DNA of 63,477 bases, filler included, from Bigelowiella natans CCMP2755 (GCA_000320545.1; 6 parts of 6 records of this genome joined end to end with filler, not necessarily neighbours in it); one strand, 5' to 3'. Shown: positions 50,502-63,094, counted from the whole stretch's first letter. Program-made: numbers and translations. Notes: generated from the letters alone by a model not told the origin.

Positions 50502-50546
50502 TTGCCGTATTATTCTCATTGTTATTGTTATTGTTATTACCGGTAG

Positions 50547-50644
50547 GTGAATGCGGTAGGCACTGTGACGAATTGGTGAGTAGTGTAGTAGAGTAGTAGT
50601 AAATAGTAGCAGCAGAAACAGCAGCCAACACAGCGGCAACAATG

Positions 50645-50686
<42 letters not shown>

Positions 50687-50969
50687 GCATTTGCGAAGAG
50701 AAAACTGAACGTGTATCCTTGTGACACCTATTTCTGAGGATATCGATGAAATATATTTGCTTTCCCTTCTCCCCCCCCCCCCCCCCCCCTTCTCTGAATT
50801 TGTGGTACTTAACGTAGGTTGGCAGACTATGTAGTCGTATCGTCATTCCTCACTCTCTCCTCGACTCTCGGTGAGCGTGCAACCTTCGCGATGTACGCTT
50901 CAATATGCTTTCTCTCCGGGATCTTCGTCCTGGTGTACGTTCCTGAGACCAACGGCCTGGCCCTTGGGG
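50547..50969 (+). CDS. MFS sugar porter (Sugar_tr), TM11-TM12 3' fragment; final exon uncertain (possibly to ~51263)
   Basis: Exons 50547-50575 and 50818-50969 read VNAVGTVTNWLADYVVVSSFLTLSSTLGERATFAMYASICFLSGIFVLVYVPETNG, with the NW and PET motifs of sugar porters. Confidence 0.85.
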
Positions 50970-51153
50970 GTAGACTGTTTCATACGACCGCTGCTACTGA
51001 GATTGTTGCTCTTGTCGTCGTCGTCGTCGTCGTTGTTGTTGTTGTTGTTGTTGTTATTGTTGTCGCGGCGTTTGTCGTGTTTTGCTTGTGCCCAATTCGT
51101 TGCGGTCGATTGAGAAAGCTTGTGAGTGTCCGCGATGCAGATGCAGATGCAGA

Positions 51154-51199
<46 letters not shown>

Positions 51200-52355
51200 C
51201 TGCGTGAGACGTGCCGCCAGATCTCCTGGCAGGCCAGAATTTGCTGTTTCCAATGAACCTCTGAGCACAATATGCTTCTCTGCCCTATCTCTGTGTGCCT
51301 TTTCTCCGTTGCTAGACGTGCGTGGCTCCGTGGAGTCCGAGAACGGTTAATGGGATGATAATGCCTACTGATGGCCGCAGTGTCTAGATTGTACATGTGC
51401 TTCGATGAAATACAGGGCGACGTACGTAACAATGCAATCATAACATGTTCTAGATTTTCCCAGTGGTTATGACTGCTGTCTAGCTCTAGAGCTGTGGTGT
51501 GTGCAATGAAACGATCATTCCAAACGGATGATGAAGGTCAGGGTCCTCAGCACGCACATGCTGCTACGCACTAGCTAGCTAGCTAGTGCGCAATGATTTT
51601 GCCAGGGCAATGAGCGCGGCTACATCGCTAGATCGTCTTGGCATTGTATGCATCAGGCAAAGCCCTGCTAGCCTAAGATCAACGTCGGAATGCCACATCA
51701 TGGACAAATGCGTAATGCAATGCACATGTGCATGTACATGCATGCATGAGCACACATCACTTTGTGTCTGTCATCCGCAGCAGAGCTCAAGAGCGCAGAG
51801 CACGTTGTTAGTATGAAAAAGAACATTGTTGGCTAACAAGATGATTTGTTTTTCAACGCACCGATGGCGTTGTTCGCCGAAAAGAGTGTTGAGCCCCTTA
51901 TGCGCGCGTAAGCACAGTACCATGCAATAAAGCAGCAGCGGAAGATCCACATGTGATCGATCAGATACACATCTAAAGGTTTATTGATATAAGTGCATTT
52001 TACATGGATGAGACGGACCGTCGAACACACCACGTCATCAATAACCGCTATCTAGCTATATTGTCTAGATTATTAGCGCCTGCATGCTTGCTCACAATCA
52101 CAACTGTGAACACCGGAAATTTATATCTAACAGACCCAAATAAATGCCGTGTGTGCGCGCCTAAACGATATGCCGCCCCCTGGATCTACGGGACTCTTCT
52201 CTCAATAACGTTAGCACAACAATCATAACTCTAATGTCCCTGTTTTCAATCACACGCTGTGCAACGCTCGCCACACCATCATCGATTGTGGAGCGTACTA
52301 CCACCTAGCGCCGTTAAGGAGCTTCGTCGTCAATATCCCCTGCCATGTCAATGTC

Positions 52356-52913
52356 CTATTCCGGGAACAATGAGGAAGTGCAACCATCAACAAACGGCAT
52401 GCTCTAGCGATCTCTCTCTCTCTCTCTCTTTTTCTCTCTTTCTCTCTCCCCTTTCTCTTCTAAGTTAGGAGAGGGTGTCATCATTATCATCATTATCAGC
52501 AGCAGCAGCAGTACTGTTATTATCATTACCTTCTCCTCCTCCCAGTCTAGGTCCTCGCCTGATGCAAAACAAAACACATAGGAGGGGGTGGGGGAGGGAG
52601 GGGGGGGGGGCAGTTGTTTGTATCACTGATGCTAATGCACAATGCCAACGCGCTCAATCAAATAATGGCGGGTGAGTGGTGGTGGTGGTGGTGGTGGTGG
52701 AGGAGGAGGAGGAGGAGGAGGACACACATACTTTGGTCGAGAGCTTCGTTGTCTTGGATTTCAGATTCTGCTAGCTTGATGTACTCGTTGATGGCGTAGC
52801 GGTCCCAGTCGCAGAGCTCTGTTGGAGGAGGGGAAAGGGGGAAGGGGGGAGGGGGAGGGAGGGACGGAGTGGAGGAATGATAGACCTGAATGAATAAATG
52901 AAGCAGAGATGCA

Positions 52914-52961
<48 letters not shown>

Positions 52962-53445
52962 GTGTGTTTGTGTGTGTGTCTTTCTCTTTGTCATTGTGCC
53001 GTCCACCCACTCCATAATATTGTATTTTTCATAACAATCATTATCATTATTATTAATACAATTACTATAATTTCGTCTGGGCAGTGGCAATACTAGTGGA
53101 TATATCATCCCGTATTATGTAATAGTAACAGAGTAGTTGTAGCAGTAGCAAAAGTAGTAGTAGTAGTAGTAGCATGCTTGTATTACTCGTCGTACTATTA
53201 GGTTGGTTGAGGGGGTCTTAACAACATCAATATCAGCATCATCTTCATCATCATCACCAACAACAACATGAAGAAGAAGAAGAAGAGGAAGAAGAGGAGG
53301 AGCCATAACTACCAGGTGTACTGTGGACTTGATGGATAAGAATTGGGTCTCGCTGCTCTGCGAGGACATGCTGCAATGCCATACGATCGATCAAACATAA
53401 TATCATCATCACCATCATCATCATCATCACCACCACCACCACCAA

Positions 53446-53486
<41 letters not shown>

Positions 53487-53579
53487 ACCGTACGACCTTG
53501 GTGAGATTGAAGATGATGTTAAAGAACTGTGTCGCCATCTTCGTGTTACGAATGTCCCTCTTCGTAAACTTGCTCTCCA
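52356..53579 (-). CDS. PPP2R3: Protein phosphatase 2A regulatory subunit B'' (PPP2R3 family), 3' fragment
   Basis: Exons read ESKFTKRDIRNTKMATQFFNIIFNLTK | HVLAEQRDPILIHQVHSTP | ELCDWDRYAINEYIKLAESE. This matches the B'' C-terminal signature (FNxLFNLNKF...RDPFLIRQ...TDWDRFAxxEYxRL). Confidence 0.88.
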
Positions 53580-53820
53580 CTGATATATCGTCATCGTCAT
53601 GGTGATAGATGATAAGGATGATGATGAGTTTAATTATGGTTCAGTTCTCCATGAGCCCCCCCCCCCCACACCCCCCCAAACCCCCTTTCCTTTTTGTTTG
53701 ATTTTATCTTTTAAGTGTCCAAAGACCGCCCGAGACAACCCCTTGTTTTCGCCAAAAAAGGGGATTATTCGGGTGAAGACAATCGTTAAAATCCTGGAGG
53801 ACAATAACAAGACCACAACC

Positions 53821-53920
53821 NNNNNNNNNNNNNNNNNNNNNNNNNNNNNNNNNNNNNNNNNNNNTTAATTAATTAANNNNNNNNNNNNNNNNNNNNNNNN
53901 NNNNNNNNNNNNNNNNNNNN
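53821..53920. other. Artificial contig linker
   Basis: N44-TTAATTAATTAA-N44. Confidence 0.99.
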
Positions 53921-54000
53921 GGGGGGAGGTTGACTGATAAATATTTTGTGTCGGAAAATGATGTGATATATACATATCTAGATATGCGTGTATATTATAC

Positions 54001-54037
<37 letters not shown>

Positions 54038-54179
54038 TCTTCTTTTCAGAGAGGAGGAAAACTCGCATTTCTTGTTTTCCTTTGTGGGAAAATCTTCACG
54101 GGAAAACATCCATATAATGGGTTTTTACTGGGTAAAAAAAGGTAGACACGCAAATAAATGAATCAAACATGAATACAGA

Positions 54180-54406
54180 ACAACGTTGGTCTTCGTTGCT
54201 TTAAGAGAAGGCAGGCTCTCTAGTTTAATAGAATTCCTACTAAATGACAGCCTGACACCCAACGTTGTGTGTATATAAAGCGAAGCCATCAACAACAACA
54301 TCTGCGTACAATTCTAGCATACAACTCTACTGCTATTAAATACTTACACTGCCTGGAGACCGTAAGATTCCGCATGCATGTATTCATTGAGCAATTGCTG
54401 AAGTGG

Positions 54407-54448
<42 letters not shown>

Positions 54449-54520
54449 GAGAACGAGAGAAGAACAAATACACAGCAATGCTATCGCTTAGTCTTTTATA
54501 TCTTACATAGTCGGACCACC

Positions 54521-54563
<43 letters not shown>

Positions 54564-54743
54564 AATGTGTACATATACATATATGCAAATGCATTTTGAC
54601 CTGAAGTTGCTCGAACGAGCGGACTTCTCTTCTGCTCGTCGTTCTCATGCGCCAAAACGACACTATCAAAGCTGGCAAAATAGGAATTAGGTCAGTGAGG
54701 AACGATGGGGAGGGGGGGGCTAGGGTCAGGGTTTGTACAAATC

Positions 54744-54785
<42 letters not shown>

Positions 54786-55236
54786 ATGTTCATCACGTGC
54801 AATACCCTTCCCCCCCCCCCCCCCCCATACACACACGCGCGCCGTCTCAGCACTACCTCCAAAGGCGGAGAGGTAGAGGTACGAGTACACTAGCCAAGCA
54901 ATGAACCACCACGTCGAGGTCGATTCAGGAAGCTAACGAGCGGGGGGGGAGGGGAAGAAGGCATTGCGATTATAGAGATGTAGGCAACTTAGTTCAGGAA
55001 AATCCCATTGGACGTGCGCTCAGCCGAGTAGCAAAGGCAGGGCCTCCTAGAATTCATTCTCTTCGCTTTAGATTTCGCGCTGCTACGCTATGGAAGGTGA
55101 CGATGAGTGTGGTGGTGATGGTGGCGGTCTTTTTGTGAGTAGTAGCTCTGTCTATGGAACTTACACAAGAGCTCGATCTCGTGTACCAGACGGTCCCGAT
55201 TACTAATTTAATGATGCGAATTGGTTCCACGAGCAG

Positions 55237-55279
<43 letters not shown>

Positions 55280-55409
55280 GACCATTCCTTATCACGGAAG
55301 AAGACGGGCGCTCATTCAAATATTCGGCGCCTCCGCTTGTCCTCTATATCTCCCACTGCGAAAGAGCCAAAGCTATTTCCCCCCATTCTAGCGCACGGCT
55401 AGCATCAAT

Positions 55410-55454
<45 letters not shown>

Positions 55455-56349
55455 AAAAGGGGGGGCATTGCATTACGTACCGACCCACACCCAGATGAAG
55501 GGGTACACGACGTAAAGATTCACTATTGCGAGCGTGGAGGTGGTCACCCGCGCGCAGTTGGACCGGAAAGATCCGAAGAACTGTATCGAAAACTGAAAAA
55601 AACGACGAGGGGAGACGACGCGAGGGAAACGACGGCCAAAAACAGTATAGTTAAAAAAGAGCCACTCTGAGGAATAAATAATCCGATAGGGAAACGTGCT
55701 GCTATATCCGGGTAGAGTCGGCTTCATCTTGCCATAACACAATATGAACTACAACACAACAGCAGCTTCTACTCGCAATTTCTACCTGGAGAAGACGAAA
55801 TCCGATAAATGACCCAAAATCTATTACGAGCCATACCTGTCGAGGAGATATACGTTAGAGGTTCTTTCTGTAATGCAGCATTAGGATCCCCCCCCCCCCT
55901 TCCCTTTTCTCCCCCGAAACCGAAGAAGCACACATATTGCCATAGCCTCGTGGATAAACGTATTAATAAAAGCACAAACACGACGCGTGGTGTACAGGAT
56001 ATACTAAGCAATTCTTCTTACGTTTAATGGATCCCGACAGGTGCTGTACTCTTTCCAATTTATTAGGACGAGAGCAATCATGAGCACGAGGGCAATCAGC
56101 AGAACATAGTCTCGAGGATAGATGATGATATTCTGTGTAGTTTTGAGCACCAAAGAAAGCAAGGGTCGAAGCAATATTAACCACAGGCATCCATCCTCGG
56201 AGAAATCAATTTACCGTAGACATGGTCTTCGCAATCCAGTCTTTAAACAATCCTAATGAAGCAAAGTTTTTACACCAGGCAGGGAAAGTACAGTAGCCGG
56301 AAGAAGTCATTCCATGAGAGAGCATGCGTATCACTAAATTACAGCCCAT
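54180..56349 (-). CDS. Multi-TM membrane protein resembling the N-terminal part of membrane-anchored RING-H2 E3 ligases; RING not in the contig
   Basis: Phase-consistent exons: VLLIALVLMIALVLINWKEYSTCRDPLN | VWLVIDFGSFIGFRLLQ | FFGSFRS...VVYPFIWVWV | VIGTVWYTRSSSC | LPESTSTWWFIAWLVYSYLYLSAFG | ALIVSFW...LQ | QLLNEY...LESLPSLK. The C..PL.VWL and W.VIG.VW...C pattern recalls that family, but the RING itself is unseen. Confidence 0.55.
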
Positions 56350-56989
56350 GGCTCTCTTGACTACCCGTCGTCTCCCTATCCGTTTGCTTTCCCTGTACTA
56401 CGTTTTATTTCTCTTTGAGGGTATCACCCTTCTCCCCACTTTCGCCCATTACCTTGACACTGTCCAAAGTGATTCCCGTCGAGTTTTCTAAATATATCTC
56501 TCTCTTTAGAGAGAGAAGGAAGAAGAAGAGGCCTCTTTTGAAAGGGGGGGTGGGAGACGGATCAGGTAAATAATTTCAGAATTATCAGGGTTCCGGAAGA
56601 AGTCTACTTGAAAGTTTTCATATGCAATTTATATACTGCGACAACATAACAATTCACTTTGACTTAGCTAGTGACTCAAGTATTTTCTGGCCTCTTATTA
56701 GCATCCAGCAACGTCCCGAGATGATGACAAAAGAAAAAATAGCACTGTTGGGACCATTGTTGTGCGTTCGAAGGGAATGCAATGGCGTTTCATAGCAATA
56801 AAGTGCCAAGAGTTATGACGCAGATCAAAAATTCAACGTATTTTCTTGTGTAAACAGGAGCTTTACTCTTCGAATCTCGTATGGAAATTAGAACAAAATA
56901 TATGCGGCCATCATGCAATCCTATATATTTTTATAAATTTAGCAATATTTTATTGTCGTAATTATCATTTGCCCTTCGTTTTTGGCACG

Positions 56990-58522
56990 TCTCCCAGCAC
57001 AGATCTCGTTGCTCCATTGTTTACCCCAGCCCTTATCGAGAGCGACGCGAGGGACATAACGACCCAATAAAGGCAGTGGGATCAGCGAGGCGGCGGTTTA
57101 TTGTCGTATTTCGGATCTAAGCTAGCAAAGGAGGAAGCAATGGGCGTAGGTAGTCCGGAACATGAACGTGCGAACATGCTGAAAACAAGGCTGATTTGTT
57201 TTCGGATATACCAAGGAGTATTCTCTGGGTGCTGCGTCGTCCGATCAAAGGCCACTCCACACCCGCACCCTGAGGAATGGAAGGTCGTGAAGGAGCTCAA
57301 AGCCCCTGCTCACGAGGGCCCGGTCTTCGCGCCTCCGTGAGCCAAACGAGAGCATGCAGCATTCCGAGAGCAATATCCCTCGTTGCCATGACAGTGATGA
57401 TAGTCGCTTCCGTTGGCTTAATCAGGTATCTATACTACACGACAACTCCCGCGACGTATTCCAAGCCTGACATTGCAATCGAGCGCCTCAACGTCGAAAC
57501 GGGAGAAATCACCACCTTCCGCAAGAAGGACGTTGCGAACATGCCCAACGGTACTACCTGAGCATGCCTCGATGCAATGAGGACTCGGAAAATAGCGCGT
57601 TTCACTTTGCGTATTCTTCTTCTCTAACAGGGATGGTCATTTGCCCCCCCCCCTCGGGAGATAATAAAGCGAGCAATGAAGGGTCATCCAGCATCGTCGC
57701 CGAATTCTACACCTGCGAGCAAGGGTTTAAGGAAGCACCCGCTCGAATTACCCGCACATCCATCAAGGCTGATGGCTCGGAGCAGTATTCCGTGATTGTA
57801 GAGGAGAACGAGGCGGAGGGTCTTCATCTCAACTCTCCAAATGACATCTGTGTGTCGGAAATCGATGGAAGTTTGTGGTTTACCGATCCGTCCTACGGGT
57901 CGTTGCAGGTAGAGCAGCGACTCTTTTCCTCACGATAATGCGGAAAACATGCATGCTGAGAGCTGGAGGAGGAGGGGGAGCGTGAAAAGTACGATGCTGA
58001 GACCATTGGCTTCTTGTCGATTCTGGTGATCATTGCATGCGTCCACTAACACTCAGGGATTTCGCCACCACCCGCCCAAGGCTCCTAACGCTATATACAG
58101 ATACAACGCTGATGATGAGGTATAGAAGTAGCACTCGGTGTACAAGCGGCGCTCTCCTGCCCGACCGTCACTTTATCGTGCTTGCGCGCTGTTCTACTCG
58201 CCGCTATCTCATTGCACAGCGACATGACGACTCGCGAGTGCAAATGAGCTTTTCCTTCGTGTTTATTGCTGCATATAGCCAACCAAGCTGCTATATCCAC
58301 GCGTATCATCTGTGGACCCGCACCTCCACTTCCATTCACTTCACTCACATCCACTCATGGCTCTCGCTTTCTTTCCCCCCTCCTCGGACAAATGCACATA
58401 CGAAAGGAGCTCAGGATGGTCGTCGATCTAGGTTATGACGGCGAGGACCACCACAGCAAGAACAAGCCTAACGGCATCTGCCTCTCCCCAGATGAGCGCT
58501 ACCTTTACTTCACGAATACGAG
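56990..58522 (+). CDS. SMP-30/gluconolactonase/LRE (SGL) six-bladed beta-propeller; start uncertain, 3'-truncated
   Basis: Motifs AHEGPVF, YLYYT, NMPN|GM, LNSPNDICVSEIDGSLWFTDPSYG, NAIYRY and KPNGICLSPDERYLYFTNT, carrying the E/N/N metal-site residues of SGL lactonases. Confidence 0.92.
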
Positions 58523-58713
58523 GTAACTGCGTGTTGTTTTTGCTCGTTTTTTTAAATCAAAGAAATGAATAAGCAGAAAGGACAGCAGCAAAAACCAGCG
58601 CGCTGCTTGAAGCCAATCACCCCCCTCCCCCCCCCCCCCCCCCTCTTTTCCTTCGTCCTCCCAAGCTCGGCGTTGACCAAGCTGGGGTTCGACATGTATC
58701 ATAGAAAATGCTC

Positions 58714-58813
58714 NNNNNNNNNNNNNNNNNNNNNNNNNNNNNNNNNNNNNNNNNNNNTTAATTAATTAANNNNNNNNNNNNNNNNNNNNNNNNNNNNNNN
58801 NNNNNNNNNNNNN
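58714..58813. other. Artificial contig linker
   Basis: N44-TTAATTAATTAA-N44. Confidence 0.99.
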
Positions 58814-59098
58814 TCCGTCCATCATCGTCATCATCGTCGTCCTCATCATTATCATCATCATCCTACCTTCTGCATCATATCAGAGTCCTGCATCAGCTTG
58901 TCCATTCCAGCCATAGCGCCCTGTGAGGAGGAGGGGGGGGGGGGGAGGAGGAAAGGAGGGGGCGGCGGAGCCAGCAGCAGAGACGGGAATAATAAGTAAT
59001 TACCGCACATGAATTAAGATAGCGGAGTTTGGACGAAGTCCCACTGCGCGCAAACGCCGGCGATTTGGCTCCTTGTTGCTGTGCAACTAATATCTCAC

Positions 59099-60147
59099 CG
59101 GAGGCATTGCTCCCCCTGCTCCTCCTCCAATTGGCATAGTGCCGGGAGGAGCGCCACCCGCTGCGCCGCCGCCTTGCATGATATCCGTCAAATCTCCCAT
59201 CTTTGAAGAGAGCTTCTCGAGGAATGCTGGGGGGGAGGAAGGAGCACGACCAAGGGGGAGGGGGGGGGGAACATACGAATGTTGCGATATTAATCGACAT
59301 TTATGGACAGAGGGAGCATGTGAAAAGGGGATGATGAAGGAGAGAGAACGAAGTTTGATTGAACTGCATTGCGTGCACTAAGGCTGCCGCTATAACGATA
59401 CGAGGGGAGTAAATCTTTGCGCAGCAGTGATTGACGAAAACACCGCTCGATTTGGATGTCCGATTGGTTTGATATATGCAGGGAAACGCTAACAGTTATC
59501 CTGATGCGCCCACCACCTGGATCGTTGTAATACTTCATCATGGCGTCCATGCCACCAGACTCGAGTTCCGCGAAGATAGCCTGTAGTGATGTATGGGTCA
59601 TTTTTCAGTCTAGTGTACCGCTGTCATATAAGCTCCTTCCGATGTTGATGTATTATTTATATTGCTCAGAGTCGCTCCATATCATCATAACTCCATTCCC
59701 ACCCCCCTCCTTTCCTCCTTATTTTCAATGCTCTTCCGTCGTGGCACTGTTGTTGCTTCCTACCGACATCTCCGGGTCCTGCTTCATGGATTCTATACGT
59801 TTGACAAACTCCGGGTTTTGCATGATCTTCATCTGCTCTTGGACCATGCGCTGGATATCTGGATTGTTCATCGCCTAAGATGCGTAAACAGGAGTCGAAC
59901 CATCGTGATACATAGCTCATACGCGCTACCCATGCGAGAATCTACCATACATGTCGTCTTTCGGCCTAACCTCTTTGTACTGAGCAGCCAAGTTCGGGTC
60001 GTTCATAAGCTTTTCCATGTCGATGGGGTTATTGTTATTCGATGAGTGGCGGCGCATAAGACGGTGGGTGTTGTGGAGCACGTGTCGTGGGGACGAGAAG
60101 TGTGATTGCCTCTGGCAACGAAGTGCGTTGATAGGACCAATCCTATT

Positions 60148-60202
<55 letters not shown>

Positions 60203-60465
60203 TTATATATTGAAACAATGAGCACCTTTTGCATTCTTACAAAGATGTCTGTGATATATACTGCACGTCTATCTATATGTATTTATCCCCAAAGGCAAAA
60301 CCTGTTGCTAGATCTGATGGTGGAGGCTAGAGGTGAGGCAGCACCGCGAATGGACACGAGGGTCATCACGGTGAGGCCGACCAGGGCCGCTAATACAACT
60401 GAAATAACAGCACAGTTCGTATCACATAACATGATCGGAATGTTACCAACCATGCACGAGGTCAT
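59099..60465 (-). CDS. STI1/HOP-DP-domain protein with a bipartite (signal + transit) presequence; probably 3'-truncated
   Basis: Exons read ...ISVVLAALVGLTVMTLVSIRGAASPLASTIRSSNR | IGPINALRCQRQSHF...MEKLMNDPNLAAQYKE | AMNNPDIQRMVQEQMKIMQNPEFVKRIESMKQDPEMS | AIFAELESGGMDAMMKYYNDP | AFLEKLSSKMG. The repeated DP/NP Met-rich helices are the STI1 pattern. Confidence 0.8.
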
Positions 60466-61061
60466 GGAGGTAACACATAACTAGTGTCAGACAATTTTCT
60501 CCTTACACTTCCGCTTGGTACCCCACCCCAATAACCCCTCCGCGACCACCATTGCAAACGGCTATTCTCTCTCCCTGTCTCCCACATTGTCCCATAAAAG
60601 GGGGGCTAGTTTTCAAAAAATTCCGCTCCCGGTCTTGCAACAAAACGATGCAGATCTTCCCCTTCCCATTCGCAAAGGCGTACCCAGGGGGGTGGAGGAG
60701 CGCATTTTCGGATTGTGTACTGTGGGCGAAAAGAGCGTTGCGGCCTGCGAATATGGTTGACGCACATTAGAAATCAAAAGTATTTCACTAGCCAAAAATC
60801 GCCAACGTTCCCTCGGAGATCCCTTCTCGGCTAGCCCTACTGAAGAGCGATCCTGAGAAATTCGCCTAAAAGAGCGGCTGTACCTGGATTTCAATATCTG
60901 AGGCAAGGAAGCAGGAATGTCTTCTTAGGTAATTTCAAAAGGGTTTCTGAGAAAAAGCGGTTGAAGTGTTCGCCTCCTTTGTTGTGCTTTGGATGCTATT
61001 CTTCATTGTCGCACTTTATAAACCGGAATCCATCAGATTTTTTGATTCCGGACGCATCTCG

Positions 61062-62167
61062 ATGGCTGCTTCCGCGTCCTCGGCCCGCAGGTTTTTCTCC
61101 GGCAGCACCGGATCGATCCAGAAAGCTCTCAGCCTTGCGGATACGTCGAACGCGCTCTCAAGGTTGGATGGGATAGCTCTTATTGATGAAATATTACGTG
61201 AAACTGGCTAATGTGCTTGCAGCAGGAATCGCTGTTTAGCCGTGCTTTCACATTGTGATGAGAGCCTCTCATTGTTTTGCTTTTTTCCAGGCTTGTGCTA
61301 CCAGGATCTCGACTGTACATACTAAGGCCCAAAGGGTACGTGCTTGAACATTTCCGAGACCTTTTGGCGGGGAAGAGCTATGTGGATATGTGCTTTCCAA
61401 AATGAGTAGCATCGGGCAGTTGTTTCCCTTCCGCTGGATTAGCGATGATTCTACGAGAGCCACAGCCAATTCCATTGTTAAATACTCCAAAGGTTCGGTA
61501 AAAGCAAGCTCGTCTCTGACCTAGCATCGCTACTTGAAGGGGGGGAGAAAGCCGAAAAACGATTCAACGGTAGCTGGCTACAGAAACACAAGCCCGTCCT
61601 CCTTCGCCAGCCGCAGCAGGTACGAATCGACATATGCTAGTTTTAAGCTTAAGTGATGTTCTAATTCATAATCTGACGCTGGGACCAATGGTGTGTCCAC
61701 TGCTGCAAGGTTGTTGTGACGTTTGACGTCGAAAGCGCTAGCTGTGGCACCAGCCCCCCGCTCCTCTCGCAACTAGAGCATCAGGCACTCCTCCACGGTC
61801 GATGCTTCGTAGCACATGAGATGGTTAGAATTAGGGTGTTGGACAATAAACTGCAAAGTGACGCGGCATGGTATACATAGGGACATTCCTGAAGTTCTAG
61901 CTACCTTGTTTGGCGGTGCAACCTTAATGATGTGTAGCTGTGCTCACGTTGTGACTAACGGTGCGTTAAATCAGGCGTCGATGTCGCCGAGGCGATCGGT
62001 GATTTCGACAACAGCGGAGCTTGTGGAAGTAGTAGCAGCGATGGAGACGACCGTGTGAAGCAGATGGAGAGGGCCTTTTGCTCGCTCTTCCGTGCGCTGG
62101 CCAAAAAGACCGGCAAGGTTCATCAAATTCATGCACGACATTGTGTGATCACACCTATGCACATGAT

Positions 62168-62205
<38 letters not shown>

Positions 62206-62649
62206 GCACGAGGTAGAACAAAAAGCGCAGAAGTGCTTGCAGTGATGACGATACACGGATGGACAGATGGATGCATTGTTGTGGTTGCAGGACTACTATT
62301 TGGGTGAGGAAATAGCCCTGAATATATCTGTCCTACGATACAAAATCATATTGCAGGTGTCTGTGTTGGTCGACGGAATCGATGCACCGTTCTTGCACTC
62401 TACCCTCCCATCATCATCTTCTTCTTCTTCTTCTTCTTCGGTTCTTCCTTCCAAAGATACTACCACTACTGCTACAACTGTGGCCGCCGCGACGGCACAG
62501 GACACGCATGGGCTGATGCGCGCAGCGATAGAGTAATAATAAGCTGCTGCGATAGAGTAATTAATTATCGCCTGTGGGCGAATAAGCTGGTGCTTTGCGT
62601 TGGCTCTGTGTGTTGCGTTCTGGTTGTAGTAGTCGTTGCCATAGCGTGT

Positions 62650-62689
<40 letters not shown>

Positions 62690-63094
62690 AGGTGTAGGTG
62701 TGGGGTGTATGTGGACAAGCAATAGTCATATAGTACATGCACTTTCATGCACATACCAATTCCACTTGCTGTCGTGCACACAGGCTCCACAGCGGAAACG
62801 ACAGCATCGGCTACCTTTTTGCCACTGGTACGTGTGAATTAATATATATTAATATATATATATATATATATATATACATAACATTCAACCGATGTCTAAT
62901 ATATCACCAAGCAGCGATGCAGTGTAGTGCCGTCTCTCAGCTTTCCCTCCTTCGCCCCCAACCCCCCCTCCATCACCGTGACTTGCGCTGCTACAACAGG
63001 GGAGTACCGCAGAGAGGAGTTGATGTCGTACCTGCAGGATATGCGTGATCTAACAATGGACATGCACCTATCGTCGGTAGTAGGCGTCACTGAG
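61062..63094 (+). CDS. AAA-ATPase_like (PF09820-type, bacterial family) protein; multi-exon, continues past the window end; an alternative in-frame ATG lies at 60993
   Basis: Exons 61062-61162, 61291-61335 and 61493-61619 splice to ...LADTSNALSRLVLPGSRLYILRPKGFGKSKLVSDLASLLEGGEKAEKRFNGSWL, which aligns by eye with the family YVDKT...YFLSRPRRFGKSLLISTL..YFEG...LFKGL. Later exons give VSVLVDGIDAPFL (from 62357; family VVILIDEYDKPL) and REELMSYLQDMRDLTMDMHLSSVVGVTE (63000-63094; family ...FVFLTGV). Confidence 0.75.
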
